DNA from: Candidatus Multivoradales bacterium
GTDB lineage: Bacteria > Acidobacteriota > Thermoanaerobaculia > Multivoradales > JAHEKO01
DNA length: 64,000 nt
Direction: 5' to 3'
NCBI GenBank assembly: GCA_965248055.1
Contig: CBDFIJ010000004.1
Coordinates: forward strand, 704,001-768,000
Part shown: piece after piece, positions 41,461 to 51,616 of the stretch
Layout: each line of letters opens with the position of its first letter
Numbering within the stretch: position 1 is the stretch's first letter
The notes under the pieces: generated by a model
What the model was told of the DNA's origin: nothing
Seen by the model: only the letters and a program-made list of their open reading frames with translations
The model's database searches: none
Position numbers and translations under genes: made by a program

Positions 41461-41925
41461 TCAGACATCAGTACTGCCCGGTGGTCTTGTTCGTTCAATT
41501 TTGATCTCGCGCTGATCGGCTGCCACCTGTGTGATGCGCACGATCCAAGCATCTTCTGGTTGCCAGCCCAGTCGATCAGCCCATTCCACGATTTTTATCG
41601 CCGGACCAGCCAGTAGCTCATCCATCCCCAGCAACTCTATCTCTTCAGCGTCCAAGCGGTATAGGTCGATGTGAATGACCGTTGGCACTCCCTGCCGATC
41701 GACACGGTATTCGTGGATTAAGGTGTAAGTTGGAGACTGCACCTCCGACCCTGGTACACCATGCGCTTCGGCGAGCCCTTGAGCAAACACTGTCTTCCCA
41801 GAACCCAACTCGCCGTAGAGCAACACCACATCGCCATCGATCAACTGGTTGCCTAGAGTACGGGCGATCTCCAGCGTTCGATCGAGACTGGGAGAGACCA
41901 TCGTTTCGGCTAGAGACTCCGCCAT
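41461..41925 (-). CDS. tsaE: tRNA threonylcarbamoyladenosine biosynthesis ATPase TsaE
   Basis: GELGSGKT, SPTYTL, HIDLYRL, VEWA; downstream of nnr. Confidence 0.95.
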   Translation of the reverse strand: MAESLAETMVSPSLDRTLEIARTLGNQLIDGDVVLLYGELGSGKTVFAQGLAEAHGVPGSEVQSPTYTLIHEYRVDRQGVPTVIHIDLYRLDAEEIELLGMDELLAGPAIKIVEWADRLGWQPEDAWIVRITQVAADQREIKIERTRPPGSTDV

Positions 41926-43468
41926 CAGTTCTCGAACCGTTGCCAAACCCGACTCAAAGCGTCAACCAGATCGCCGGCGATCAACCTGCCTCAGAACGAA
42001 GATCGGCAGCCTCGGCACCTGCCACCGCGTGCACCCAAACCGCGACCCGAGCGGCATCCAAGGCCGATAATCCCTGAGCTAGCAGAGAACCGACGATCCC
42101 GGTCAGGACATCGCCACTTCCAGCGGTTGCCATCCCCGAGTTACCGGCGCGCACGATTTGCAGACTCGACCCGGGAGCTCCGATCACCGTGCCAGCCCCT
42201 TTCAACACCACAACCTGACCACAAAGCTGTACCGCCTCTCGAGTACAGTCGAGAGGATCGACCAGCACCTGCTCCAGATCACAGTCCAAGAGTCGGGCAA
42301 GCTCGCCCGGATGCGGGGTCAATACGGTCGCCCCTTGGCGATCGCTGAGCTCCTGCAAACGTCCAGCAAAAGCATTCAGGCCATCGGCATCCAATACCAA
42401 CGGCAACTCGCTACCCAGGACCAGCTGTCGCGCCACTTCTCGGGCAACCCCAGCGGCTCCCAAGCCCGGACCTAGGGCCAACGCCTCAAACGTCTCGATT
42501 CGCTCCAAGATCTCGTCGATCGCATCAATGGCGAAGTTCTCCGAACAATCACAGGCCAAACTCAGCGTCGTCGCTTCCGGCACCATGATGTCGATGCGAT
42601 CCGCCAGCGGTCCCGGCGCCGCCACCGTCACCATGCCGACGCCAGAACGCAACCCAGCTCGGGCGGTCAGGCTCGGAGCGCCACTCATACCCCGACTGCC
42701 GCCAACCACCATGAGATGACCAAAGGTCCCCTTGTGAGCCCCTGGCGATCGAGTGGGGACAAGGTCGACAATCTGATCCTCGGTGAGGCGCTCTACTGTT
42801 GGCACGCCCAAAACCTCCGTCGGGTCGACACCGATCTCGGCTGGGGTGACCGCTCCACAAGATTCGGCATTGGGCGACAACAAGCAAGCCGGCTTCTCCG
42901 CGACAAAAGTAATCGTTGCGTCGGCAAGGACTTGAGGTGCGGGAGAAATCGCCCGATCGGCACGGGTACCACTGGGTAAATCGATAGCCAGCACGCCACG
43001 GATCCTCCCCTCCACTTGGTTGCCCGCAATCTCTGCCACCCAAGTGCTCCAAGGCGGTTGCAACGGCCGACTTAGACCGGTGCCAAACATCGCGTCCACC
43101 ACCCAAGTTTTCTCGTCCGTTGCTATCCAAGAAGACAGTTCCAATTCCGGGCTGATGCGTGGCGTGAGCCCGTGCTCCAAGCAGCGTTGATACTGAGTCT
43201 TGGCGTCCCCGCTCCCGGGAGCTTGCCCAAGAGCCACTACCAGTTCGCGCCCAGCGACATGCAAGCGCCGCGCAATACCCAAGCCATCGCCCCCGTTGTT
43301 TCCCGGCCCGCAGAGAATCAGCAACGGCCCTGAGGGCGCCACTTGCTGAACCCACTCGCTGGCAACACCGCAGGCGTTTTCCATCAGCACTAGTCCGCTA
43401 ACCCCGAGCGCTTGCACTTCCGAGTCGTAGCGACGAGCCTCTTCTATTGTGATCACTCGCATCGCCAT
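41925..43468 (-). CDS. nnr: Bifunctional NAD(P)H-hydrate epimerase/dehydratase, apparent 1-nt frameshift near 41984
   Basis: LMENA, GPGNNGGDG, VDAMFGTG, HKGTFG, LDADGLN, LTPHPGE, ATAGSGDVLTG. As written it stops at 41981; the shifted frame continues LIAGDLVDALSRVWQRFEN* to 41925. Confidence 0.9.
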
Positions 43469-43469
43469 C

Positions 43470-44204
43470 TCAAGCCATGGTCTGTGACCGTGCGGCTCCA
43501 CGCGGAACGAGTCGCCCCATCGCTTCCAGAGCCGCTCTAGTCGCCGGACATCGTTGCAGATCGTCTTTCAGGCGGAAAACCAAACGCTGCAAATCTCCCG
43601 GCGTATCGACATCCGAGAGTTTCTCGATCAATCGAGTGTCGAGTCGACGGTGCTGTGCCGATGCCACCACCGTGCTCAGCACGCTTTCTTCGCTCCAGCG
43701 GACACCCTCCAACAAACCATCGACTATCGTCTCTCGGCGCGTCGCGATCAAATAGAACCCTCCGTCGGTGGCCGGGCCTAAGACCAAATCTGCGCCGTTT
43801 TTCAGTTGGTCGAACGCCAGCCCGATCTGCCGGCGTTCGAGTTCTGGATGGTCGCTGCCGACGATCGCGACCCGCTGCCAATGCCGCTGACCGGCACACA
43901 GCGCGTTCTCCAACCGCTTGCCAAGATCCTCGCCCGATTGGGTCAACGAGGGTAGTTTCAAATCAGGATCCCCGCCACCGCCCGGGTCCCAACCGATCAA
44001 CGTCCGCCATTGCGCGCTGGCAGTTTCGGACAAAACATCCGATCTCATCGCGGCGTGCAGAGTTTGGCGCTCATTCAGCGTAAGAGCGGCAGCTAGGCGC
44101 GTCTTAACCTGCTTAACGGTTGCCGGTTTGGTAAATAAGATCAGACCCTGCTCACAAGCGTCTTGTTGGCTACTTTGTGGGAGGCTGTTCACATCTCGGC
44201 CCAT
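43470..44204 (-). CDS. DUF2064 / TIGR04282-type glycosyltransferase-like protein
   Basis: LILFTKP..VKTRLA, QSGEDLGKRL, IVGSDHP, VLGPATDGGFYLI, DVDTPGDL. Confidence 0.88.
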   Translation of the reverse strand: MGRDVNSLPQSSQQDACEQGLILFTKPATVKQVKTRLAAALTLNERQTLHAAMRSDVLSETASAQWRTLIGWDPGGGGDPDLKLPSLTQSGEDLGKRLENALCAGQRHWQRVAIVGSDHPELERRQIGLAFDQLKNGADLVLGPATDGGFYLIATRRETIVDGLLEGVRWSEESVLSTVVASAQHRRLDTRLIEKLSDVDTPGDLQRLVFRLKDDLQRCPATRAALEAMGRLVPRGAARSQTMA

Positions 44205-44319
44205 GATCAAATATTACCGTGCTGGAGGTGGTAGCTGGGCTGGCAACAAGACTGCTGGCTTGCCTGGTATCTTGATGCCATCGTCAAAACGGCCTGAGCC
44301 CAGGACCGATCACGAAACC

Positions 44320-45131
44320 GTGACGCACCCGATCATCACTCTTACTACCGACTTCGGCACCGACAATGAGTACGTGGCGGCGATCAAAGGTGTATTACTT
44401 TCTCGCCTGGCCTCCGTGCAGATCATCGATATCTCACACCGGGTCTCGCCAGGAAACGTACAGCAGGCAAGCTATTTGCTCGCCGGGGCGGTGCCTTACT
44501 ATCCTGGCCACACGGTCCACACCGTAGTGGTCGACCCGGGGGTCGGAAGCGAACGACAGATCCTGGCGCTGGAGCACTCCCAGGGTCGGTTTCTGGGCCC
44601 CGACAACGGAGTGCTAACCCCCTACCTTGGCGGCCTGACCGTGATCGCCGTCAACCGGCCCGACCTCTATCTGGATCACGCCAGAGCCACTTTTCATGGA
44701 CGCGACCGTTTCGCCCGCTGGCAGCCGCCATCGCTCAAGGCTTAGAAGTGGACTCCCTCGGTGCGCCAGCGAGGCAGCCGGTGACCCTAGACCCAGTCCG
44801 CCTCGCACGTTCCGACACTTGGATCGAGGGCACAGTGATGCACATCGATCGATTCGGCAATGCCACCACCAACATTCCCGATTCCTGGCTGAACACTCTG
44901 CCTAGCAAGATCTGCACTTGGGTAGACGATCGCCCGATCTGTCGTCGAGTGGACCACTACCAGGAACTCCCGGACGGGCGACCGGGTTTTCTGCGCGGAT
45001 CGCGGGGCACCTTGGAACTGGCACTCAACGGCGCCTCGCTGGCGGAGCGATGGCAGCTTTCGCTAGGGGCCGTAGTGCGGGTCCAAGCCGGTGGGCGACC
45101 GCAGAGCCATGAAACTCAGAAGTACGGGTAA
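44320..45131 (+). pseudogene. SAM-dependent halogenase/hydroxide adenosyltransferase family (DUF62), split by a 1-nt frameshift at ~44715
   Basis: ITLTTDFG, IDISH, VVDPGVGSER, GPDNG, TFHGRDRFA, then in the next frame IDRFGNATTN and LELALN. One extra C in CCC 44714-44716 restores FAPLAAAIAQG. May be an intact gene with a sequence error. Confidence 0.8.
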
Positions 45132-45324
45132 GCCTCGGTTCAAAGCAACCTGAAGGCATCCAGCACTCGATAGTTCGAGATCAGGATCTATCGTTCAACA
45201 CCAATCTCGTAGTGCCTATCCCACGCACTGTTCTGCTGGCTCTCTGGCTCCAGCTAAACGGTTCAAATAGAATGACCTGGACCGTTGTTCGCCATACTGC
45301 TATCGACGGCAAGGAGTGTGTGTG

Positions 45325-45510
45325 ATGACTCAATGGGAGTACAAAATCATCAACATCCGTAGTGAAAACTACCGACTCGACCCGGAAGCGGCCCGCGAGT
45401 TGAATGTCTTGGGTGAAGAAGGCTGGGAACTAATCTCGATCACCTCGGTCAACTTCAAGAGCGGCGCCACCGACAACATCGCGATGGTGTTCAAGCGTCC
45501 TCGTCCCTGA
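45325..45510 (+). CDS. DUF4177-type small protein
   Basis: MTQWEYKII...LNVLGEEGWELISI...VFKRP; SD AAGGAG. Confidence 0.85.
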   Translation: MTQWEYKIINIRSENYRLDPEAARELNVLGEEGWELISITSVNFKSGATDNIAMVFKRPRP

Positions 45511-45714
45511 AGCGTCCGTCAGATCACCGAGGCCGCGCGCCTTGCGAGCGGTGACAAAACCGACCGCGAGTGCCACCGCTAGCCCGGTCCAAGCCCCGGT
45601 CTTCCAGAGCACGCCAGAATCATGGTCGAGTGTTTGTCGCAAGGAGTCGAGAGCCTCTTCAAAGCGACCCCGCACCTCGACCAGAGAGTTATTCTTCGAG
45701 TCGCGGCGCCTCAT
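45430..45714 (-). CDS. Small hypothetical protein with one TM helix; 3' end uncertain
   Basis: Coiled N-terminus plus TM helix WTGLAVALAVGFV; overlaps the holin-like gene upstream and the convergent DUF4177 gene. Confidence 0.5.
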   Translation of the reverse strand: MRRRDSKNNSLVEVRGRFEEALDSLRQTLDHDSGVLWKTGAWTGLAVALAVGFVTARKARGLGDLTDASGTRTLEHHRDVVGGAALEVDRGDRD

Positions 45715-46093
45715 CTTTGCCCAGTTGCTTACGCATCCAACTGCGATGCTCAGTCCAACGACGCTTGACCAAGGTTTTGGGAGTCTCCACGTTCTTGAGC
45801 CGCCTACGACCGACCCAGATCAGGAGCACCGCCAGAACTGCAAACCCAACCCCCACTCCCAGGAAAGAAGCCCATCTTGGGAGGATGGAAAAAATCAGCT
45901 CCACCGCTGCGAGCATGAAGGCGCTCAACGCGACCACCAGAAACGCAAATCCAGCCGCAATAGTCAGGATCGCTCCGACACTGACCTTGGCCGAATGGCG
46001 CATCTCACTGCGCACTTCTTGCCACTCACCAGCGATCACCTGAGCGAACGAGGCACCTAGCTTGCCCACTGCGGACCACGCTCCGAGTCTCAC
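45689..46093 (-). CDS. Phage-holin-superfamily (DUF1469/YqjE-like) membrane protein
   Basis: Amphipathic N-terminal helix (EWQEVRSEM), two TM helices, basic tail with P..T motif; SD AAGGAG. Confidence 0.7.
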   Translation of the reverse strand: MRLGAWSAVGKLGASFAQVIAGEWQEVRSEMRHSAKVSVGAILTIAAGFAFLVVALSAFMLAAVELIFSILPRWASFLGVGVGFAVLAVLLIWVGRRRLKNVETPKTLVKRRWTEHRSWMRKQLGKDEAPRLEE

Positions 46094-46133
46094 CAGTCCA
46101 CTCCTTGCTCAGCTCGATGCGTTTCGGAGACGA

Positions 46134-47924
46134 TCACGGGAAACTCCGAACAATTAAGTCTTGAGCCAGGTAGCTACTCTTCGCTCCTAGCTCGTCCCGG
46201 ATGCCGACCGCGACTCGATGTGCGCCCGGTCGCATTCTCATTTCCAAGCGATAGGGATAGTCCAACTCCAGCAATCGATTGATTTCTTCGCTCGGCAACT
46301 CCACCGGGACGTCCAGATCGGCGACGTCACTCACCCCACCCTCTTCGTCGAGGGCGGAAACGTAGACCGTCAAGCGTCCTCGATGGGTATCCTCGGTGGG
46401 AATCAGAGTCATCTTGGAGACCGGAATCTGCAGCCAAACCACCACATCGAAAAGCCCATCGTCGCGCAGCCGCATTTCTTCAAAGGCCAACTTTGCGCCA
46501 AACGGGTTGTCCTGAAGCCCAAAGCGAAGAGTTGCCAAGGTTTCGTCCTCGACTCGCTCGGCCACCGTCTGTTCCCGGTAGCTCTCGCGGTGGCGGATCA
46601 CCAGTTTCTTGCGCTCAGGGATCTCCACCTTGATCCGATGCCCGCGCCCTGACACCGCACCAGCAGGTGTATACCCCAGCGAGTAATAGTTATCGAAATC
46701 TTGCCGCACCCGCGCAAGCCCAGGGCCAACGTTGTTGGTGTTGAGGATTGCAAAACCACCGGTCTGGTCCGCCAAGAAACGTAACGGCTGCTGATGATTC
46801 ATAATGTAGATGCTATCGACAAAGCCCCCCAGTCCTGCCTGCCCGCCAGTTCTGGTCTGGACGCTGGCGCCAGCGTAGGGTCGTAACCCGGCGGCGTCGA
46901 TGGTGTAAAAAGTGACTCCGTTTGCCGAAGCGTTAGCAGCCAAAGCACGGAACTCACGGGTGGCGTCGAAATCCATTGCCCGCAATTGCACCGGACTGGC
47001 ACTGTACTTCTGCTGTAGAGCGTAGAAAGCTGATTCCGCTGCCCGCATCGGTATGCCATCGCTGACGTGCAAGATCGCTCTGCGACCCCGCACTCCTGCG
47101 AGCTGACTGACAAAGTCGTTGAGTGCCCGGATACTGAAGCGCAAGTCACTGAACGTCGACTCAGCATAGGTTTGGACCGAAATCGTCGCCTGGCTTTCGC
47201 TCTGCGCTTCTTCGATATCACGCATCACCTGCCGACGATCGGAATCGGCGGTCACCGCGTGTCCGGTGTAACGCTCCAATTCCAAGAGTTTGGCGAACAG
47301 CAGATCTCGATCGGTACTAAACGGCGACTGCACATGCAGCGTCCGGTCATAGGAAACCAGCATGACAATGTCGTCGTCCCGCAACTGGGTCTGCAAAAAT
47401 TCGCGTAACTTTCGAAAGACCCGATTCCGGTTGTAGGGTCGAATATTGAAGTTGTCAACGTAAACCACCAGATTGAGGGGTAGGTCCAGTTTTTCGCCCG
47501 GTTGAGCCTCGACCGTCGGATCAGCAGCGACAATGTCAGTATTGGATTGCTTCAAGCCAGCTTCCACGGCAAAGAAATTGGTCACTTGAACTGGCCGGTT
47601 GTCTTCAAACAAACGAAAGTCGTCTCGAGTCAGACCGAGGATCCGCTTGCCGTCCTTATCGGTCACCCGCACGTCGACATTAACCACTGTGACGTCGACG
47701 CTCTCTGAAAATTGACTGGTGTCGTCAAGCTCAGATTCCCCGGTGGCTGCCTCAGTTACCTCGGATTCTTCTGCATCCAGAGGCGCGAGCACCTCCACGG
47801 AATCAGCAGCCACCACAGCCTGCGTGGAATCTTGACTAGCTTCCGAATCCTGCGACCATCCCTGCGGCGCCAACGCAGCGACCGCAAGCAAAGCGAGGAC
47901 CCCTGATCGGAGGGTTGGGGTCAT
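46134..47924 (-). CDS. Secreted VWA-domain protein (Acidobacterial VWFA-related type)
   Basis: Signal peptide, VDVTVVNVDVRVTDKDG..ILGLTRDDFRLFED, GRRAILHVSDG, LADQTGG, YYSLGYTP. Confidence 0.85.
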   Translation of the reverse strand: MTPTLRSGVLALLAVAALAPQGWSQDSEASQDSTQAVVAADSVEVLAPLDAEESEVTEAATGESELDDTSQFSESVDVTVVNVDVRVTDKDGKRILGLTRDDFRLFEDNRPVQVTNFFAVEAGLKQSNTDIVAADPTVEAQPGEKLDLPLNLVVYVDNFNIRPYNRNRVFRKLREFLQTQLRDDDIVMLVSYDRTLHVQSPFSTDRDLLFAKLLELERYTGHAVTADSDRRQVMRDIEEAQSESQATISVQTYAESTFSDLRFSIRALNDFVSQLAGVRGRRAILHVSDGIPMRAAESAFYALQQKYSASPVQLRAMDFDATREFRALAANASANGVTFYTIDAAGLRPYAGASVQTRTGGQAGLGGFVDSIYIMNHQQPLRFLADQTGGFAILNTNNVGPGLARVRQDFDNYYSLGYTPAGAVSGRGHRIKVEIPERKKLVIRHRESYREQTVAERVEDETLATLRFGLQDNPFGAKLAFEEMRLRDDGLFDVVVWLQIPVSKMTLIPTEDTHRGRLTVYVSALDEEGGVSDVADLDVPVELPSEEINRLLELDYPYRLEMRMRPGAHRVAVGIRDELGAKSSYLAQDLIVRSFP

Positions 47925-48007
47925 GGGTGTTCTTCGTTTCCAAAAGACGACCAACTACAAAACCGAACGTCCGTAGCGGCCCTTCAAAAGTAGATGATTC
48001 TTAAGGT

Positions 48008-49723
48008 CTAAGGAGTGATCTCCGCAGAACCAGAAATCATCGTACCACTGGTTGGATCATAGACCGCCACCACCACTTCGTGTCGTTGGCGGCGCATTTC
48101 CAAGCTGGTTTCGTAGATGAACTTGTCTTCCTCTGTGGGAGTTCCGCGGCCCTTCAATTCAATTGGAATGACAGGGATGTCGGCCTGATTACCACCCTGG
48201 TCAATCACCGCAATACGCAACTCCAAATTAGCAGCAAGTTCATCACCTTGACCGGTCGGCAAAAAAGCTACACGGCTCATCGGAATCGACACCTCTAAAG
48301 GTACATGGACCTTGCCCCGTCCGGCGCGCTCGGGTACACCAAAATCAAGATCAAGGCGGGCCCCCGGCAACGGAACGCCAAACATCAGGGCACCTTCCAC
48401 CGCCATCGTCGTTTCCGCCTTGCGCGACAAGTCAAGATAGTCCTTGCGCATGCGCACCGACAAGCCCGGTCGCGAGACCGTCACCCGAACATCGCGTACC
48501 GTGTCATCTCCCTTCCAGGTGGGAGAAAAACCGAGCCAATAATACGAACGCGTATCGGCAAAAATTCGTTCTAGAGCTAAGCGGCGTTGAGAATTGAAGT
48601 ACGCCTCGCCACCGGTCTCACTGGCAATAAAAGCGAGAGAACTATGGACCTCACGTTCGCGCAAGAACGAAGATCTCTGCCCGCGAGCCGCTACGAAAGA
48701 CGACCGCTGACTTGCATCGGGTAAACTCTGCGAGAGCCCCTCAACATCGACCGGATAGATGGTATAGCCGAGTCGATTGGCGGTATCCGTCAAGTCACGG
48801 AACAGATCTCCCGGCGATCCGGAACGCCCCCAGTCGTAGACCAAACGATTGCTGTCGGCGACCGCAAACTGGCCAGGCAAAAACGGCCAACCGCCCATCA
48901 ACAACACCATAACCTTGCGGCCGGGTGGAGTTGCAAAGCTTCTCAAGGTAGATGCGGCGGCCCTAACCGAGCGTTCAACATGTCCTGCTAGCAGAGACGC
49001 ATAGAAGCGCTCCTCGGGGGTCATATCGGAGAGAAAACCGGAAAGCCCAAACACCCCTCGATTGCTGCCTCCACCAACACCAATCGACTCTGCATTCAGC
49101 TCGAATCCGCCCTCTCGGAAGCGCTGGCTCTCCAAGAGGAAACCATCAAAATCAAATCGTTTCTTCTCTGCCAACCGCTGCAGCCCCATCGCTTGAAGCT
49201 CCTTGGCCTGCCCCAAGGCGGCTTGAATCTCCGTTTGAGATTGACTCCACGAAGAGATCATTTCCGGTGTTCGTCCGTTCCAAGAAACCACCGCGACCCG
49301 GTCCTCGGGAGCGAGCAAGCCAAGGTCCTCGGCAAGAGCGTCAATCACCGTATCCCGATCCCGCGGCAGAGTGAAGAAACTGTCGACAAAAACCAGATAA
49401 CTGGTGCCAACTGGATGCCCCGGGGCCACGCCTGGAACTGAAGATCCTGAATCCTCTTTGTCGATCGCGATGCCAGCTCGGACCTCATTAAAAAATTCGA
49501 TCGGATACTGCTCGCCGTCGATCTCTAGGCGAAAATCCTCCACGGGTAAGTCCGGTACTCGGTTGCCGTCTTCATCGATCACCACCACTTCCAGATTCAC
49601 CACCCGGACATCAATCACATCGCCAAACACCCCGGGAAGGCTGTCCTGGGCGGCGAGCGGCGCCAGGCTCAGTGCTATTGCTGTCGTTAGTGCGAGGGAA
49701 CTCTTGAGAGGTTGTAAACGCAT
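48008..49723 (-). CDS. Secreted VWA-domain protein, paralog of the neighbour
   Basis: Signal peptide, IDVRVVNLEVVV.DEDGNRVPDL...DF, PGRKVMVL, IASETGG, YYWLGFSP. Confidence 0.85.
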   Translation of the reverse strand: MRLQPLKSSLALTTAIALSLAPLAAQDSLPGVFGDVIDVRVVNLEVVVIDEDGNRVPDLPVEDFRLEIDGEQYPIEFFNEVRAGIAIDKEDSGSSVPGVAPGHPVGTSYLVFVDSFFTLPRDRDTVIDALAEDLGLLAPEDRVAVVSWNGRTPEMISSWSQSQTEIQAALGQAKELQAMGLQRLAEKKRFDFDGFLLESQRFREGGFELNAESIGVGGGSNRGVFGLSGFLSDMTPEERFYASLLAGHVERSVRAAASTLRSFATPPGRKVMVLLMGGWPFLPGQFAVADSNRLVYDWGRSGSPGDLFRDLTDTANRLGYTIYPVDVEGLSQSLPDASQRSSFVAARGQRSSFLREREVHSSLAFIASETGGEAYFNSQRRLALERIFADTRSYYWLGFSPTWKGDDTVRDVRVTVSRPGLSVRMRKDYLDLSRKAETTMAVEGALMFGVPLPGARLDLDFGVPERAGRGKVHVPLEVSIPMSRVAFLPTGQGDELAANLELRIAVIDQGGNQADIPVIPIELKGRGTPTEEDKFIYETSLEMRRQRHEVVVAVYDPTSGTMISGSAEITP

Positions 49724-49799
49724 GGTTTTCTTCTCCGTCACCTGTTGGTGGTCATTTGCGTGTCTCACCCTGAGCCTACATAGCAAGGTGCGTACCGGA

Positions 49800-50786
49800 T
49801 TAGCGATCGAGTTTGCCAGCCACCTGTTGCGCGATACGCACCGCGTGTTCTCTGGAGTTTTCGATGAAGATTCGATTGGTATCCAATCCTGCCCGCAAAG
49901 AACCAGCAATGTACAAGCCTGGAACATTGCTTTCACAAGTCCCTGAATCAACCGTTGGAACCAGGGTCTCCTCGTCGATTATTACCCCAACGTCAGAAAA
50001 AAGGTCCATCTTTGGCTGATATCCGACCAGTACGTAGGCAGCATCCGCTTTCAGATCTCGAACCCCATTCGGAGTCTCGAGTTGCACCCAACCACCGTCC
50101 TCAAACGAACACACCCTACTTTGGTAAAGAGCGGTCACGGAACCTTCTTCGACGCGATTATCGAAGTCGGGTTTCAACCAATACTTGACCGTCGGCTTAA
50201 TCGAAGGACCGCGATGAACCAGCGTCACTTCTGCACCCGCGCGCCACAGATCGAGCGCGGTTTCCGCAGCTGAATTCCCTCCGCCGACCACCAAGACCCG
50301 CTCGCCGAAATGACGATAGGGCTCCAAGTAACGGCTGTGGACCCAAGGAAGGTCTTCTCCCGGCACCCCAAGGCTACGCGGAAACTCGAAATAGCCCATC
50401 GCCACCGCGACGTAGGGGGCGTTGAACACCTCCTCCCCTGCATCGGTGGTCGCCCGAACACGAAACTGGTGCTCGTCTACCTTTTCAATCGAGGTAACCC
50501 GACGGTGGCTGGCGATCGGCAGTTGATATTGACGGATTACCGAGTGGTAGTAGGTGACGGCCTGCCGCCGATCGGGTTTGGCTTCGGGGATCGAGAACGG
50601 CACCCCGGCAATCTCCAAGAGATCAGTAGTGGTGAAAAACTGCATATTGGTGGGAAACGCCAAGACACTGGCTAGCGCTGGACCACTATCGATCAGCAGC
50701 GGCGACACTCCACGGCGTCGCGCCTCTGCGCCAATCGCAATCCCCGTGGGGCCCGCGCCGATCACCAGAAGTTCCGGACTAGTCAT
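49800..50786 (-). CDS. ypdA: YpdA-family FAD/NADPH oxidoreductase (putative bacillithiol disulfide reductase)
   Basis: IGAGPTG, FPTNMQFFTT..LLEI, KPDRRQA..YY, VGGGNSA, VKYWLKPD..NR, IFIENSREH. Confidence 0.85.
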   Translation of the reverse strand: MTSPELLVIGAGPTGIAIGAEARRRGVSPLLIDSGPALASVLAFPTNMQFFTTTDLLEIAGVPFSIPEAKPDRRQAVTYYHSVIRQYQLPIASHRRVTSIEKVDEHQFRVRATTDAGEEVFNAPYVAVAMGYFEFPRSLGVPGEDLPWVHSRYLEPYRHFGERVLVVGGGNSAAETALDLWRAGAEVTLVHRGPSIKPTVKYWLKPDFDNRVEEGSVTALYQSRVCSFEDGGWVQLETPNGVRDLKADAAYVLVGYQPKMDLFSDVGVIIDEETLVPTVDSGTCESNVPGLYIAGSLRAGLDTNRIFIENSREHAVRIAQQVAGKLDR

Positions 50787-50827
50787 AGGTTTCTTACCTA
50801 CAAGCACAGATTTTGGATCCCAGTCAT

Positions 50828-51616
50828 TCACCACAGCCTCGCTCCTCCAGATCCGATCGACCTAACTTCAGAAAGTCGCCCTGCAAGCCAGTCTCCGCTG
50901 CCGCGGATCGAGTCCAAGGGTGAACTTCCTCGGGCTAGCTGCGCGGCAATCGCTGAACCCATCGCACAGCCGGTTCCGCGCACCCAGCCAGCCTTCACTC
51001 GCGGACGCTCAATGGGCAACGCGTCAGCGCCGTCGGAGGCCCAATCGACGACCACCTCATCGGTCGACGAATCACCCCCGGTAACCACGCACCAACCGGA
51101 CTCCGGCGCCAAAGTTACCGCCAACTGTGCAGCGGAGGTGTCGCTCCCGGCAAGCGCCTTCGCCTCGCCGTAGTTCGGAGTCGAGATCGAGGCTATCGCC
51201 AACAGACGCCGCAGCCCATCCCAATCGGCTTCGGGAACCAACAAGGTGCCATCGCCACTCCACAATACGGGATCGACCACCAGGTCGACGTCTGCCACCG
51301 CAGCCATTTCGAGAATCAAGTTCGCGATCTCCAGGTTAGGAACGACACCGACCTTCCAGACTGCAAAAGGAATATCCTCGGTCACCATCTGCAACTGCTG
51401 TAGGACATCTCGACGGTCTAGGGCGACGACTCGATGTACTTGCAGCGAGTCTTGGATCACGATCGAAGTGATCACCCCGGAAGCTGGGACATCCCACTCG
51501 CGGGCGGTCAACAGATCTCGGGCAACCCCCGCTGAACCGGTGGGATCCCATCCCCCTATGGCAAGAACGCCGCCATCCAGGGCATCGCTAGAGTTAGGAA
51601 CGATCTGGTTGATCAA
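50828..51616 (-). CDS. thiD: Hydroxymethylpyrimidine/phosphomethylpyrimidine kinase-like
   Basis: LAIGGWDPTGSAGVARD, VVDPV, TPNYGEA, TGG, RGTGCAMGSAIAA. Confidence 0.8.
   Translation of the reverse strand: MINQIVPNSSDALDGGVLAIGGWDPTGSAGVARDLLTAREWDVPASGVITSIVIQDSLQVHRVVALDRRDVLQQLQMVTEDIPFAVWKVGVVPNLEIANLILEMAAVADVDLVVDPVLWSGDGTLLVPEADWDGLRRLLAIASISTPNYGEAKALAGSDTSAAQLAVTLAPESGWCVVTGGDSSTDEVVVDWASDGADALPIERPRVKAGWVRGTGCAMGSAIAAQLARGSSPLDSIRGSGDWLAGRLSEVRSIGSGGARLW

Noticed and set aside
44320-45131. True fluorinase/chlorinase
   Set aside because: Motifs fit the widespread DUF62 hydrolase type, and there is no halometabolite cluster around it.
45689-46093. Holin as evidence of a prophage
   Set aside because: DUF1469/YqjE-like proteins are common chromosomal membrane proteins; no endolysin or phage genes nearby.
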